DNA of 64,000 nt from an uncultured Staphylococcaceae bacterium (lineage in GTDB: Bacteria > Bacillota_I > Bacilli_A > ML615J-28 > CAG-313): contig CAZIQF010000007.1 in the NCBI GenBank assembly GCA_964541525.1, positions 11,533 to 75,532 of the forward strand, read 5' to 3'. Below the pieces are notes generated by a model, which saw nothing but the letters and a program-made list of their open reading frames with translations, did no database searches and was not told the DNA's origin. The position numbers were made by a program, and so were the translations under genes. This document shows, one piece after another, positions 1 through 9,818 of this stretch (positions are counted from its first letter, which is position 1; each line of letters opens with the position of its first letter).

Positions 1-98
1 GTAAAAAAAAGGCAAAATATTGGGATAAAAAAATATTATTAAGTAGTTTCGCTTTTATATAATATAAGGACAAATTTTAGGCAAATTTTGAGTAAATA

Positions 99-107
99 TG
101 ATATAAT
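99..107 (+). promoter_or_regulatory. Extended -10 sigmaA-type promoter of rnf operon
   Basis: TG-a-TATAAT at 99-107, about 80 nt upstream of the rnfC ATG; no clear -35. Confidence 0.55.
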
Positions 108-189
108 GACATAGTAAAATTAAAGTACTATGTTATTTTTTGTATTAAAATTAAAAAAATACTCAAAATAATAATAATGGAGGTTCAAG

Positions 190-1464
190 ATGTTTTTTAA
201 AATTAAAACTAAACACCTAAATGACCATAAAGATAATACCAAAGATTTAAAAATAGAAACTTTTCTTAATCCTAAATTTGTTTATTTTCCAATTGGAATG
301 GGTTATGAACAATTAGCTAAAGTAGGTGATAAAGTCAGGAAAGGTGATGTAATTATCAAAAGAAGTGGTAATTTTTCATATCCAATTTATTCATCAGTTA
401 GTGGAAAAATCATTGAAACTAAAAAAATGTGGCATTCATCAGGTAAAATGGTAGAGATGTTGGTAATCGAAAATGACTTTTTAGAAACTACCAACTATCT
501 GGACTTTGATGAAAATAACTTATCAAAGATTCAAATTGTAGACATTATTAAGGATGCAGGAATTGTTGGATTAGGTGGAGCAGGATTTCCTACTCATGTT
601 AAATATGCTAATTTTGATCAAGTGAATGTTGTTATATTAAATGGTGCTGAATGTGAACCATATTTAACTTGTGATTATCGATTAATGAAGGAACAATTAA
701 GAAAAATTTTAAAAGGACTGCACTATTTAATGATAGCTGCCAATGCTGAAAAAGGCATCATTGTTGTAAAAAAGACAAAGGTTGAATTAATAAACATAAT
801 CAATCAAGAATTAATCAATTTTCCAAATATGAACTTGAAAGTTATTAAAGATGAATATCCTGTCGGATGGGAAAAATATTTAGTTCAAACGATTACTAAA
901 AAAACCTACCGTAGTTTGCCAAAAGAAGCAGGTGCGGTTATCAACAATGTGCAAACAGCATATGCAGTTTGCGAAGCAATCGAATCAAGATTGCCCTTAA
1001 CTGAAAGAGTAGTTACCATCACTGGAGATGGTATTAGCGAACCCAAAAATTTAAGGGTTAAAATTGGAACATCAATAGAAGAAATAATTGATTATTGTGG
1101 AGGCTATACAGAAAATGCTGAACTTATGATTGCTGGTGGTCCGATGACAGGAACTGCTTGTTTAGTCGATGAATTAGTGATAACTGCGAATGTAAGTGCT
1201 GTAATCATCAAAAAAGCGACACCTAAGTTAAGTGAAGTATGTATTGGTTGTGGTAAATGTGCTTTGCATTGTCCAGTTAAGTTAGCACCTACGGTAATTA
1301 AAAAAGCTTATACTGTAAAAGATATTAATCTATTAAGGAAACTTGATGTTGCTAGATGTATTGGCTGTGGACTTTGTTCATATGTTTGTCCATCAATGGT
1401 GGAAATGACAGACTATATGAATAAAGCAAAGAAAATGGTAGTTGAGAATGGAAGGAAGGCTTAA
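190..1464 (+). CDS. rnfC: Rnf electron transport complex subunit C
   Basis: GIVGLGGAGFPTHVK, NGAECEPYLTCD, GGPMTG, two C-terminal CxxCxxCxxxCP clusters; first gene of the CDGEAB order; RBS GGAGG. Confidence 0.95.
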   Translation: MFFKIKTKHLNDHKDNTKDLKIETFLNPKFVYFPIGMGYEQLAKVGDKVRKGDVIIKRSGNFSYPIYSSVSGKIIETKKMWHSSGKMVEMLVIENDFLETTNYLDFDENNLSKIQIVDIIKDAGIVGLGGAGFPTHVKYANFDQVNVVILNGAECEPYLTCDYRLMKEQLRKILKGLHYLMIAANAEKGIIVVKKTKVELINIINQELINFPNMNLKVIKDEYPVGWEKYLVQTITKKTYRSLPKEAGAVINNVQTAYAVCEAIESRLPLTERVVTITGDGISEPKNLRVKIGTSIEEIIDYCGGYTENAELMIAGGPMTGTACLVDELVITANVSAVIIKKATPKLSEVCIGCGKCALHCPVKLAPTVIKKAYTVKDINLLRKLDVARCIGCGLCSYVCPSMVEMTDYMNKAKKMVVENGRKA

Positions 1465-1466
1465 AT

Positions 1467-2633
1467 ATGAAAAAGTTTAGTCTTGAAAAAGCTCCGTATT
1501 TACGTTCTAGGAATGAGGAAGCTAATTCTACAACTAGAATGATGTATGATGTTGTAATAGCCCTTATTCCAATCGCTATTTTTGGCTGGTTTGTCAATGG
1601 ATTATTTCCTTATATTAAAGGTAGTATTACAAGTATTTATTTATTATTTAAACCCTTAATTAATGTTATAAGTGGTTGTCTATTTAGTTGTATATTTGAA
1701 GGAATTTATTTTTGGCTATTTTTTAAAGTTAGAAATTTAAAAGAAATTTTTAATAAGATTATTTATAGTTATGCAATTATTCCAGGTCTATTTCTTTCAT
1801 TAGTTTTACCCGCATATGTACCAGTATATGTTATTATTTTTGGTTGTCTAATGGCTAATATTGTTTTCAAGATGTTATTTGGAGGATTTGGACATAACAT
1901 TTTTAATCCTGCTTTAATTGGCTATATTTTCTGCTTTGCCGCCTTTAGTGATGTTATTAATTCCTCTCTTGCAGATCAAGTTAAAATTTTTTCGGATACT
2001 TTAAGTATCACTGCTGGTGCTACACCACTAACTCACTTAAATTCATTATCACATAGTATTGGTAGTTATAATTTAAGTTATGAACAAGTTGTTCAAACTT
2101 ATGGCAGTTTATATGATTTATTGTTAGGATTCAAACCAGGAGCATTAGGTGAAACAAGTGGGATTTTATGTATTCTAGGCGGATTATATTTATTGCTTAG
2201 AAAAGTTATTGATTGGCGAATTCCCATTTTTTATATTGTAACTGTTTTTATTTTGACTTGGATTATTGGTTTAGTTAATGGGTTAAAAGGAATTTGGTTT
2301 CCAACATATAACATTTTAACGGGTGGTTTGTTGTTTGGTGCAATATTTATGGCAACTGAACCAGTCACAACTCCTAAAACACCTAATGGTAAAATTATTT
2401 ACTCTATAGCTTTAGGAATTTTAACCGTATTATTTAGATTGGTATCAGGACCAGAAGGTGTATCTACAGCAATTTTATTTATGTGTTTATTTACACCGAT
2501 TATTGATAAATTTGCTGCAATTAATCGTAAACCTGTTATTAGTTTTAAAATAATTATTAATTATTGTCTAGTAGGATTATTATTTTTAATGATAGCGGCT
2601 TATGTCGTGTATAAAACATCTAATTTAGGATAG
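1467..2633 (+). CDS. rnfD: Rnf subunit D
   Basis: Multi-TM; KMLFGGFGHNIFNPA, AGATPL flavinylation motif, GALGETS, FMATEPVTTP. Confidence 0.95.
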   Translation: MKKFSLEKAPYLRSRNEEANSTTRMMYDVVIALIPIAIFGWFVNGLFPYIKGSITSIYLLFKPLINVISGCLFSCIFEGIYFWLFFKVRNLKEIFNKIIYSYAIIPGLFLSLVLPAYVPVYVIIFGCLMANIVFKMLFGGFGHNIFNPALIGYIFCFAAFSDVINSSLADQVKIFSDTLSITAGATPLTHLNSLSHSIGSYNLSYEQVVQTYGSLYDLLLGFKPGALGETSGILCILGGLYLLLRKVIDWRIPIFYIVTVFILTWIIGLVNGLKGIWFPTYNILTGGLLFGAIFMATEPVTTPKTPNGKIIYSIALGILTVLFRLVSGPEGVSTAILFMCLFTPIIDKFAAINRKPVISFKIIINYCLVGLLFLMIAAYVVYKTSNLG

Positions 2634-2646
2634 GAGGTGTAAAAAA

Positions 2647-3633
2647 ATGGAACAAAAAATTACTTTTAAAAAGAATCGTAAAAAAATGCCTTATGTTTTA
2701 CACTTAACATTATTTTTATTTGTTTTAGGCGCTATTTGCTCATTACTATTGTCGATTGTTAATTTCTATACTAAAGGGATAATTAATAAAAATGAACAAG
2801 AACAATTAAGACAAACACTAGAAGAAGTTGGACTATATGATTTTAAAACCATGACCAATGATTACCAGCTTATTGATGGAGTAGTAGAAATTTATGAAGG
2901 AAAAAGTAAAGCTGGAAAAGCTTTGATTGCAACATTAGTTGAAAAAGATAATCGGTATGTAACAATTAAGTCCTTAATTGTACTAGCAAAAGAAGAAGGA
3001 ATAGTTGAAAACATTAAGGTTATTGGTAATTCAACATCACATAATATGAATGATCAATTTAATCAAGATTTTGGAATAATAGGTAGCACTAGTAAAGACT
3101 ACGCAGATAAATTTCAAATTGTATCTGGTGCAACTGTATCTTCTAACACGATCAAAGAAAGTATCGATATTGCCTTTAAACAATTAAATATTATTAATGG
3201 AGAACCACTTGATGAATATGCCCAAGTACTAGAATCTTTAGGATTGAATAATTATCAAGTAGTAAGTGATAATTATGACCAAGTTTCAGGCAGTGTAGCA
3301 ATTTACGAAGGAGAAAATCAAGAAGGAGTAGCATTATTGGCTTTGGTTACAGAAAGTGCTAATCCATATATGACAATTAAGTCTGTCGTAGTTATGACAA
3401 AAGCTACAGGTATAATCGAAAATATAAAAGTTATCTCACGTGCAACATCTTATGATGAATCTTTAGGGTATGAAGATAAGTTTAATCAAACATTTGGTGT
3501 GATTGGTAGTAATCAAGATAATTATGGTGAAAATTTTGAAATTGTTGCAGGAGCTACGACATCTAGTAATAATGTCAAAGAATGCATAAAGATTGCTTTT
3601 GACCAATTTGCTTCAATGAGGAGAAATGATTAA
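2647..3633 (+). CDS. rnfG: Rnf subunit G with two tandem FMN-binding domains
   Basis: N-terminal TM anchor then two homologous ~130-aa repeats ending IVSGATVSS and IVAGATTSS; lies between rnfD and rnfE. Confidence 0.85.
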   Translation: MEQKITFKKNRKKMPYVLHLTLFLFVLGAICSLLLSIVNFYTKGIINKNEQEQLRQTLEEVGLYDFKTMTNDYQLIDGVVEIYEGKSKAGKALIATLVEKDNRYVTIKSLIVLAKEEGIVENIKVIGNSTSHNMNDQFNQDFGIIGSTSKDYADKFQIVSGATVSSNTIKESIDIAFKQLNIINGEPLDEYAQVLESLGLNNYQVVSDNYDQVSGSVAIYEGENQEGVALLALVTESANPYMTIKSVVVMTKATGIIENIKVISRATSYDESLGYEDKFNQTFGVIGSNQDNYGENFEIVAGATTSSNNVKECIKIAFDQFASMRRND

Positions 3634-4221
3634 ATGAATAAGAAAAATATTTTTCTAAATGGAATTTTTAAAGAAAATCCGACATTCGTGATGCTGTTAG
3701 GGATGTGTCCGACAATCGCGATTACAACTAATGTAGTTGATGCGTTAGGAATGGGATGTGCAGTAATTTTTGTTTTGCTTTTTTCTAATTTGTTTATTTC
3801 AATAATTAGAAAAATTGTCCCTACTGATATCCGAATTCCGGTGTATATTGTTATTATTGCAACTTTAGTAACAATTGTTCAACTAATTTTGCAAGCATAT
3901 TTTCCAGTTTTAAACGAAGCATTGGGGACTTTTGTTGCTTTAATTGTGGTAAATTGTTTGATTTTGGGAAGAGCTGAAGCCTTTGCTTCTAAAAATAACC
4001 CATTATTTGCAGTAATTGATGCTTTAGGTATGGGGATTGGTTTCACTCTTGCTATTATGATTGTAGCGTTAATTCGTCAACTATTAGGAATGATGATTCC
4101 TATTTTCACAACAAAAGTTGGTGGTTTTCTCGTTTTAGGACTTGTAATAGGGATTATTCAATCAATCAAAATTGTAGTTACTAATAACAAAAAAATTAAA
4201 ATGGAGGTAAATCATGGTTAA
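3634..4221 (+). CDS. rnfE: Rnf subunit E
   Basis: ENPTFVMLLGMCP, LIVVNCLILGRAEAFA. Confidence 0.95.
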   Translation: MNKKNIFLNGIFKENPTFVMLLGMCPTIAITTNVVDALGMGCAVIFVLLFSNLFISIIRKIVPTDIRIPVYIVIIATLVTIVQLILQAYFPVLNEALGTFVALIVVNCLILGRAEAFASKNNPLFAVIDALGMGIGFTLAIMIVALIRQLLGMMIPIFTTKVGGFLVLGLVIGIIQSIKIVVTNNKKIKMEVNHG

Positions 4222-4786
4222 AGATTTAATATTACTAGCATTTACAGTCTTTTTAGTAGAAAATGTTATTTTATATAATGTCTATGGTATTTGTCCATTT
4301 TTAGGTGTTTCCCGTAAAACATCTAGTGCTGTCGGAATGGGATTGGCCGTTACAATTGTCATATTTTTATCAACAATCATTACTTGGCTTTTATATAACT
4401 ATGTTTTGATCCCATTAGATATAATTTACTTACAGATTCTAGTTTTTATCTTAGTCATTGCTTCACTAGTACAAATATTAGAGATGGTTATCAAAAAAAT
4501 ATCTCCAGTTCTTTATAAAGCTTTAGGAATTTATTTACCATTAATTACTACTAATTGTGCTGTTTTAGGTTGTGCTAGTGCTGCTATAAGTTATTCATTT
4601 ATTGAAATGATGGTTTTTGCGTTATTTTCAGGTCTCGGTTTTCTTTTTGTTATATGGATTTTTTCTGGTTTAAGAGAAAAAATTGAGCTATCTCCAGTGC
4701 CTACGGGATTTAAAGGATTTCCGATTGCGTTAATTGCCGCTGCTGCAATGGCACTTATTTTTTCAAGACTTGGAGGAATTATTTAA
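4214..4786 (+). CDS. rnfA: Rnf subunit A
   Basis: GICPFLGVS, LGIYLPLITTNCAVLG, FKGFPIALI; overlaps rnfE stop. Confidence 0.95.
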   Translation: MVKDLILLAFTVFLVENVILYNVYGICPFLGVSRKTSSAVGMGLAVTIVIFLSTIITWLLYNYVLIPLDIIYLQILVFILVIASLVQILEMVIKKISPVLYKALGIYLPLITTNCAVLGCASAAISYSFIEMMVFALFSGLGFLFVIWIFSGLREKIELSPVPTGFKGFPIALIAAAAMALIFSRLGGII

Positions 4787-4787
4787 G

Positions 4788-5120
4788 ATGCCAGAAACAG
4801 TGATTAAAATAATGATTGCTGTTTCAGTACTAGCTGTTTTAGGGGCCATCTTAGGTTTTGCAATTGGTTTATGTAGTAAAATATTTTATGTAAAAGAAGA
4901 TAAACGAATTGAAAAAATTTTGCCACTTTTACCTGGTGCTAATTGTGGTGGTTGTGGTTATTCTGGCTGTGCTGGCTTAGCTAAAGCAATCGTTAATGAT
5001 AATGTGTCAATTAATAGTTGTAGACCACTCAAAAAAGAAAAAGCTGAAGAGATTAGGTTAGTCTTAGCTGAATTCGAGCGTATAATCGAGGAAATTGAAA
5101 AAAATCTTGATAATAAATAA
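4788..5120 (+). CDS. rnfB: Short Rnf subunit B (TM anchor plus one FeS domain only, 110 aa)
   Basis: ATG at 4788 after GGAGGA (4772-4777); LPGANCGGCGYSGC...CRP motif; stops before any ferredoxin-type domains. Confidence 0.85.
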   Translation: MPETVIKIMIAVSVLAVLGAILGFAIGLCSKIFYVKEDKRIEKILPLLPGANCGGCGYSGCAGLAKAIVNDNVSINSCRPLKKEKAEEIRLVLAEFERIIEEIEKNLDNK

Positions 5121-5174
5121 AAAAATGCAATTTTTTCAAAAAAAAGCCACTTTTTTTGTTTTATTATTGTAAGA

Positions 5175-6446
5175 ATGGAGTGTAATAAAATAATGTTTGA
5201 TGAAGAATTATATAAATTACAACTAGAAGAACTAAAACAATATGGTGATAAGCTAGGTTATATTCCGCTTAAAATGATTATCGAAGTTCTAGCTAATGAT
5301 GATGATGAATTACTTGATAATGTAATTAACTATTTGGAAAATAACAATTATGAAGTCACAAGAGATGAAGAAGACGAACCTAAATTAGTTGATGATATTA
5401 TTATTGATGATTTAGAAGATGATCTTGATGATTTAGATGATAAAGAACCTGATGATGAAGATTTGATTATTGAAGAAGCGGAAATCAAAGTATCTGATTT
5501 TGATAATATCGATGCTACTCCATATCAATCTGATGATATTGTTAAAATGTATTTACACGAAATTGGACAAGTTGAATTATTGAATATAACCCAAGAATTA
5601 GAGCTTGCAAGACAAGTCCAAGATGGGTTAATGGCTAAAGAAAAGAAAGAACAATGTGAAAAGTCGGGAAAAGTTTTATCAACTGAAGAATTAAGTGAAC
5701 TAAATGAAAAAATTGAAATTGGTAAGGGTGCTCAAGACATTTTAATTGAATCAAACTTAAGATTAGTTGTTCATATTGCAAAGCGTTATAAGACAAGAGG
5801 TTTACCACTTTCTGATTTAATTCAAGAAGGAAATATGGGATTAATGAAAGCGGTACTAAAATATGATCCAACCAGAGGTTTTAAATTTTCAACATATGCT
5901 ACTTGGTGGATTCGTCAATCAATTACTAGAGCGATTGCCGATAAGGGACGTAATGTTCGAATACCAGTTCATATGCATGAATGTATTAATCGTTTAACCA
6001 AGACTCGAAGAAGATTAGTTCAAGAATTACATCGTGAACCTTCTTTAGAAGAAATTGCTGATGAAATGAAATTACCAGTTGAAAAAATTGTTGAATTACA
6101 ACGTGTAGCTCAAGATTCTATTTCATTTGATAATGCCGTAGGTGATGAAGAAGATTCAACTTTGATTGATTTAGTTGCAGATGAAAATACGCTTAACCCA
6201 CTTGAATATACGGAAAAAACTTTATATCGTGAAGAAATTGATGAGGTATTACAAACACTTACACCACGTGAGGAAATGGTTATTAGATTAAGATATGGTA
6301 TCGCAGTTGATCGCAGCCATACTTTAGAAGAAGTGGGAAAGATTATGGGAGTTACTCGTGAACGCGTCCGTCAAATTGAAGCTAAGGCTCTATCACGTTT
6401 ACGTCATCATCAAAGAATGAATCGTTTAAAACAACATGTCGAATAA
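5175..6446 (+). CDS. RpoD/SigA-like sigma-70 factor, paralog 1 (likely start 5193)
   Basis: Region 1.2 DIVKMYLHEIG, region 2 NLRLVV..DLIQEGNMGL..KFSTYATWWIRQ, region 4 [24 protein letters not shown]; acidic N-terminal region. Confidence 0.9.
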   Translation: MECNKIMFDEELYKLQLEELKQYGDKLGYIPLKMIIEVLANDDDELLDNVINYLENNNYEVTRDEEDEPKLVDDIIIDDLEDDLDDLDDKEPDDEDLIIEEAEIKVSDFDNIDATPYQSDDIVKMYLHEIGQVELLNITQELELARQVQDGLMAKEKKEQCEKSGKVLSTEELSELNEKIEIGKGAQDILIESNLRLVVHIAKRYKTRGLPLSDLIQEGNMGLMKAVLKYDPTRGFKFSTYATWWIRQSITRAIADKGRNVRIPVHMHECINRLTKTRRRLVQELHREPSLEEIADEMKLPVEKIVELQRVAQDSISFDNAVGDEEDSTLIDLVADENTLNPLEYTEKTLYREEIDEVLQTLTPREEMVIRLRYGIAVDRSHTLEEVGKIMGVTRERVRQIEAKALSRLRHHQRMNRLKQHVE

Positions 6447-6467
6447 GCAGCATATTTGCTGCTTTTT
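6445..6467 (+). terminator. Intrinsic terminator after sigma paralog 1
   Basis: AAGCAGCA-tatt-TGCTGCTT followed by T-tract. Confidence 0.8.
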
Positions 6468-6507
6468 ATTATATAAATAATTTGTCGATGTCTTTCTTTT
6501 CTTTTTT

Positions 6508-6537
6508 TTGGTAAAGAATTAATGAATGTGGTATAAT
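6508..6537 (+). promoter_or_regulatory. sigmaA-type promoter of glyQS-dnaG-rpoD
   Basis: TTGGTA-18-TATAAT with extended TG. Confidence 0.55.
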
Positions 6538-6587
6538 AAGAAAGAATTATAAACAAATAGAAAAATATTAGAAGGTGGTGTAAAAAT

Positions 6588-7961
6588 ATGGAAATGTCAA
6601 TGGAAAAATTTGTAGCATATTTAAAACAATTAGGATTTGTTTATCAAGGAAGTGAAATTTATGGGGGTCTTGCAAATGCTTGGGATTATGGTCCACTAGG
6701 AGTGGAACTTAAAAACAATATAAAAAAAGCATGGTGGAAAGATTTTGTCCAATGTCATCCGTTGAATGTGGGGTTAGATGCGGCTATTTTAATGAATCCT
6801 GAAACATGGGTAGCATCAGGACATGTCGGTGGTTTCTCCGATCCACTAATCGATTGTAAAGAATGTCATAGTCGTTATCGTGCAGATAAGTTAATTGAAG
6901 ACTTTACAGGTGGTAAAGAAACAGGCGATGGTTGGGATAATGATCGAATTTATCAATTTTTAGTTGATAATAAGATTTGTTGCCCAAAATGTAATGCTTT
7001 AAACTATACACCGATTAGAAAATTTAATTTAATGTTTGAAACTCATCAAGGTGTAGTTGAAGAAGCTAAATCAGTTGTTTATCTTCGTCCTGAAACTGCT
7101 CAAGGAATTTTTGTTAATTTTAAAAATGTTCAACGTACTACTAGAAAAAAAGTCCCATTTGGAATTGGTCAAATTGGTAAATCATTTAGAAATGAAATTA
7201 CTCCAGGTAACTTTATTTTTAGAACACGCGAATTTGAACAAATGGAATTAGAGTTTTTCTGTAAACCAAATACTGATTTAGAATGGTTTGCTTATTGGAA
7301 ACAATATTGTTTGGATTTTTTAACTAAACTTGGATTAAAGAGTGAACTTATAAGATGGCGTGATCATAAACCAGAAGAATTGAGCTTCTATTCTAAAGCT
7401 ACTACTGATGTCGAATTTAAATTTTTCTTTGGTTGGGGAGAATTGTGGGGAATAGCTGATCGTACTAATTATGATTTAGGTGTTCATCAAAAACATTCAG
7501 GTGCATCGCTAGAATACCTAGATCCAGAAACTAATGAAAAATATTTACCATATGTTGTGGAACCTAGCGTTGGTGTAGAAAGATTATTACTAGCAGTTTT
7601 AACTAATGCATACGAAGAAGAAGTATTGGAAGGTGGAGAAACAAGAGAAATTTTACATCTTCATCCAGCTTTAGCTCCAGTTAAAATTGCAGTATTACCA
7701 TTAGTTAATAAATTAAATGAGCTAGGAATGGAAATTTATCAAAACCTTGCAAAAGATTTTATTTGTGAATATGATACTAGTGGTAAAATTGGTAAACGTT
7801 ATCGTCGCCAGGATTCAATTGGTACTCCATATTGTGTAACAGTTGACTTTGATACTTTGGAAAAAGGGTTAGTTACGGTTAGAGATCGTGATACAATGCA
7901 ACAAGAAGTTGTAAAAGTTGAAGATTTGAAAGCATATTTTACTGGAAAATTTGGTTTTTAA
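6588..7961 (+). CDS. glyQS: Glycine--tRNA ligase, alpha2 homodimer type
   Basis: YGGLANAWDYGPLG, YLRPETAQGIF, FRTREFEQME, EPSVGVER, C-terminal anticodon-binding domain. Confidence 0.95.
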   Translation: MEMSMEKFVAYLKQLGFVYQGSEIYGGLANAWDYGPLGVELKNNIKKAWWKDFVQCHPLNVGLDAAILMNPETWVASGHVGGFSDPLIDCKECHSRYRADKLIEDFTGGKETGDGWDNDRIYQFLVDNKICCPKCNALNYTPIRKFNLMFETHQGVVEEAKSVVYLRPETAQGIFVNFKNVQRTTRKKVPFGIGQIGKSFRNEITPGNFIFRTREFEQMELEFFCKPNTDLEWFAYWKQYCLDFLTKLGLKSELIRWRDHKPEELSFYSKATTDVEFKFFFGWGELWGIADRTNYDLGVHQKHSGASLEYLDPETNEKYLPYVVEPSVGVERLLLAVLTNAYEEEVLEGGETREILHLHPALAPVKIAVLPLVNKLNELGMEIYQNLAKDFICEYDTSGKIGKRYRRQDSIGTPYCVTVDFDTLEKGLVTVRDRDTMQQEVVKVEDLKAYFTGKFGF

Positions 7962-7984
7962 AAATAATAAGATAGGAGGAAGGC

Positions 7985-9790
7985 ATGATTCCATATAGTA
8001 TTAGACGTAGAATTATTGATGAAACTAATATCGTTGAAGTAGTATCTGAATATATCCCATTAACTAAAAAAGGGAATAGTCATTTTGGAATATGCCCATT
8101 CCACGATGATAATCATCCATCAATGAGTGTTAGTAATAAAGTTAAGATGTTTAATTGTTTTAGTTGCACTGCAAAAGGTAATGTCATTGACTTTGTTTCT
8201 CGCTATGAAAATATTTCAATTGATCAAGCAACAGTAAAATTAGCAAATCGCTTAGGAATTGTTATCAAAAAAGATGTTAGTAGACAAGATGAAAAACAAG
8301 AACGTCTACTAAAAGTTATGAAAGAAGCAAGCGACTTCTATGCATTTATTTTAAAAAATAGTGAAGAAGGAAAAGTTGCGTTAAAGTATTTAAAAGATCG
8401 TGGTATTTCTAATGAAATAATTGAGCGTTTTAAAATTGGTCTTTCACCTTCGCTAAAAGATGGATTATACTCATTTTTATCAAAAAAAGGTTACTCTGAA
8501 CTTGATCAAATTGAACTTGGACTTGTTAAATCGGATAATAATCAAGTATATGATGTTTTCAGACAACGAATTATGTTTCCACTTACTGATAAGTATGGTA
8601 ATGTAGTTGGATTTAGTGGTCGAATTTATACAGATAGTAATCAAGCTAAGTATATTAATTCTAGTGAAAATGTTGTATTCCACAAAGGTGAAGTACTTTA
8701 TAATTTACATAATGCGGCTTTATATGCAAGAAAACTTGATAAGGTTTATATTTTTGAAGGATTTATGGATGTAATTGCTGCCGAAAGAGCTAATATCTTG
8801 AATGGAATTGCAACAATGGGAACAGCTCTTACCAAAGAACATATTGCCGATATTTTAGCTTTGACTAAAAAGATTGTTTTGTGTTTTGATGGTGATGTTG
8901 CTGGAATTAATGCGATGAAAAAAGCAGCAATGTTACTTGCTAATTATAATATCATTCCTGATGCGGTTGTATTACCTAATAATTTGGATCCCGATGAATA
9001 TTTAAAAGCATATGGTGCTGCTGCACTTAATACATATTTGACTACGCAAGCTCGCAATGTATATAGTTGGTTGTATGATCTTGCGATTAAAGATTTAATA
9101 ATTAATGATATTACAAGTATTGAAAAGTTTAAGAAGAGTGTATTTGAATTTATTTCATTCTCAAAGCAGGAGACAATTGTTCAATTTTATTTAGCTAAGC
9201 TTGCTAATGATTTAAATATTGAACTTACAACAATTCAAGGTGACTATTCTAAGGTTGTTACTTCTTTTAATAATCATAATTCATTTAACCAAGTTCCAGT
9301 GTCAAACCAAGATAATCGTCATAATCAAGTTGTAATTGAAGATATTAGTGTGCCAAAAAAAATCAAAAAAGCTTACCAAATTGTTATCAAACATTGTTTA
9401 TTTGACAATCGTTGTTTATTAAAGTATTTAGAAGCGACTAATAATTCTTATATTAGTGAAGAGTTAAATATTGAGTTTTCAATAATTGATTTAATCCATG
9501 ATGAACAGGTACTTGCTGCTAATTTAGAATTAAATATTTCACCAGATAAAATTAATTTAAAAGCGTTAGCTCAAGATGAAATCTATAATGCGTACGTTCA
9601 AAAAATTTTAGATGATCAGTTCATTGATATCACTAATCAAGAGGATTTTAATCAAAGTTTAAACGAAATTATTCGTTTTATTAATAAAAACTATACACGT
9701 GAGTATAAAAATCGCGTTTTAAAAGGGGATAAGTCTGCCTTTTCTGATTTTATTAATTCAAAAAAAGCAGAAGAAATGGAAATAAAATAA
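7985..9790 (+). CDS. dnaG: DNA primase
   Basis: CPFHDD...CFSC zinc finger, RIMFP, FSGR, KYINS, EGFMDV, CFDGDVAG TOPRIM motifs. Confidence 0.97.
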   Translation: MIPYSIRRRIIDETNIVEVVSEYIPLTKKGNSHFGICPFHDDNHPSMSVSNKVKMFNCFSCTAKGNVIDFVSRYENISIDQATVKLANRLGIVIKKDVSRQDEKQERLLKVMKEASDFYAFILKNSEEGKVALKYLKDRGISNEIIERFKIGLSPSLKDGLYSFLSKKGYSELDQIELGLVKSDNNQVYDVFRQRIMFPLTDKYGNVVGFSGRIYTDSNQAKYINSSENVVFHKGEVLYNLHNAALYARKLDKVYIFEGFMDVIAAERANILNGIATMGTALTKEHIADILALTKKIVLCFDGDVAGINAMKKAAMLLANYNIIPDAVVLPNNLDPDEYLKAYGAAALNTYLTTQARNVYSWLYDLAIKDLIINDITSIEKFKKSVFEFISFSKQETIVQFYLAKLANDLNIELTTIQGDYSKVVTSFNNHNSFNQVPVSNQDNRHNQVVIEDISVPKKIKKAYQIVIKHCLFDNRCLLKYLEATNNSYISEELNIEFSIIDLIHDEQVLAANLELNISPDKINLKALAQDEIYNAYVQKILDDQFIDITNQEDFNQSLNEIIRFINKNYTREYKNRVLKGDKSAFSDFINSKKAEEMEIK

Positions 9791-9818
9791 ATAATTTATA
9801 AATATCTATAGGAAGGGA

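Noticed and set aside
85-169. 10-bp inverted repeat ATTTTGAGTA/TACTCAAAAT around the rnf promoter
   Set aside because: Very AT-rich and widely spaced; plausibly chance
3634-4221. RnfE lacks the usual PPG loop segment, possible pseudogene
   Set aside because: Both cluster-ligand Cys motifs are retained and the frame is intact; treated as divergence
6468-6587. T-box upstream of glyQS
   Set aside because: Leader is too short and lacks T-box motifs
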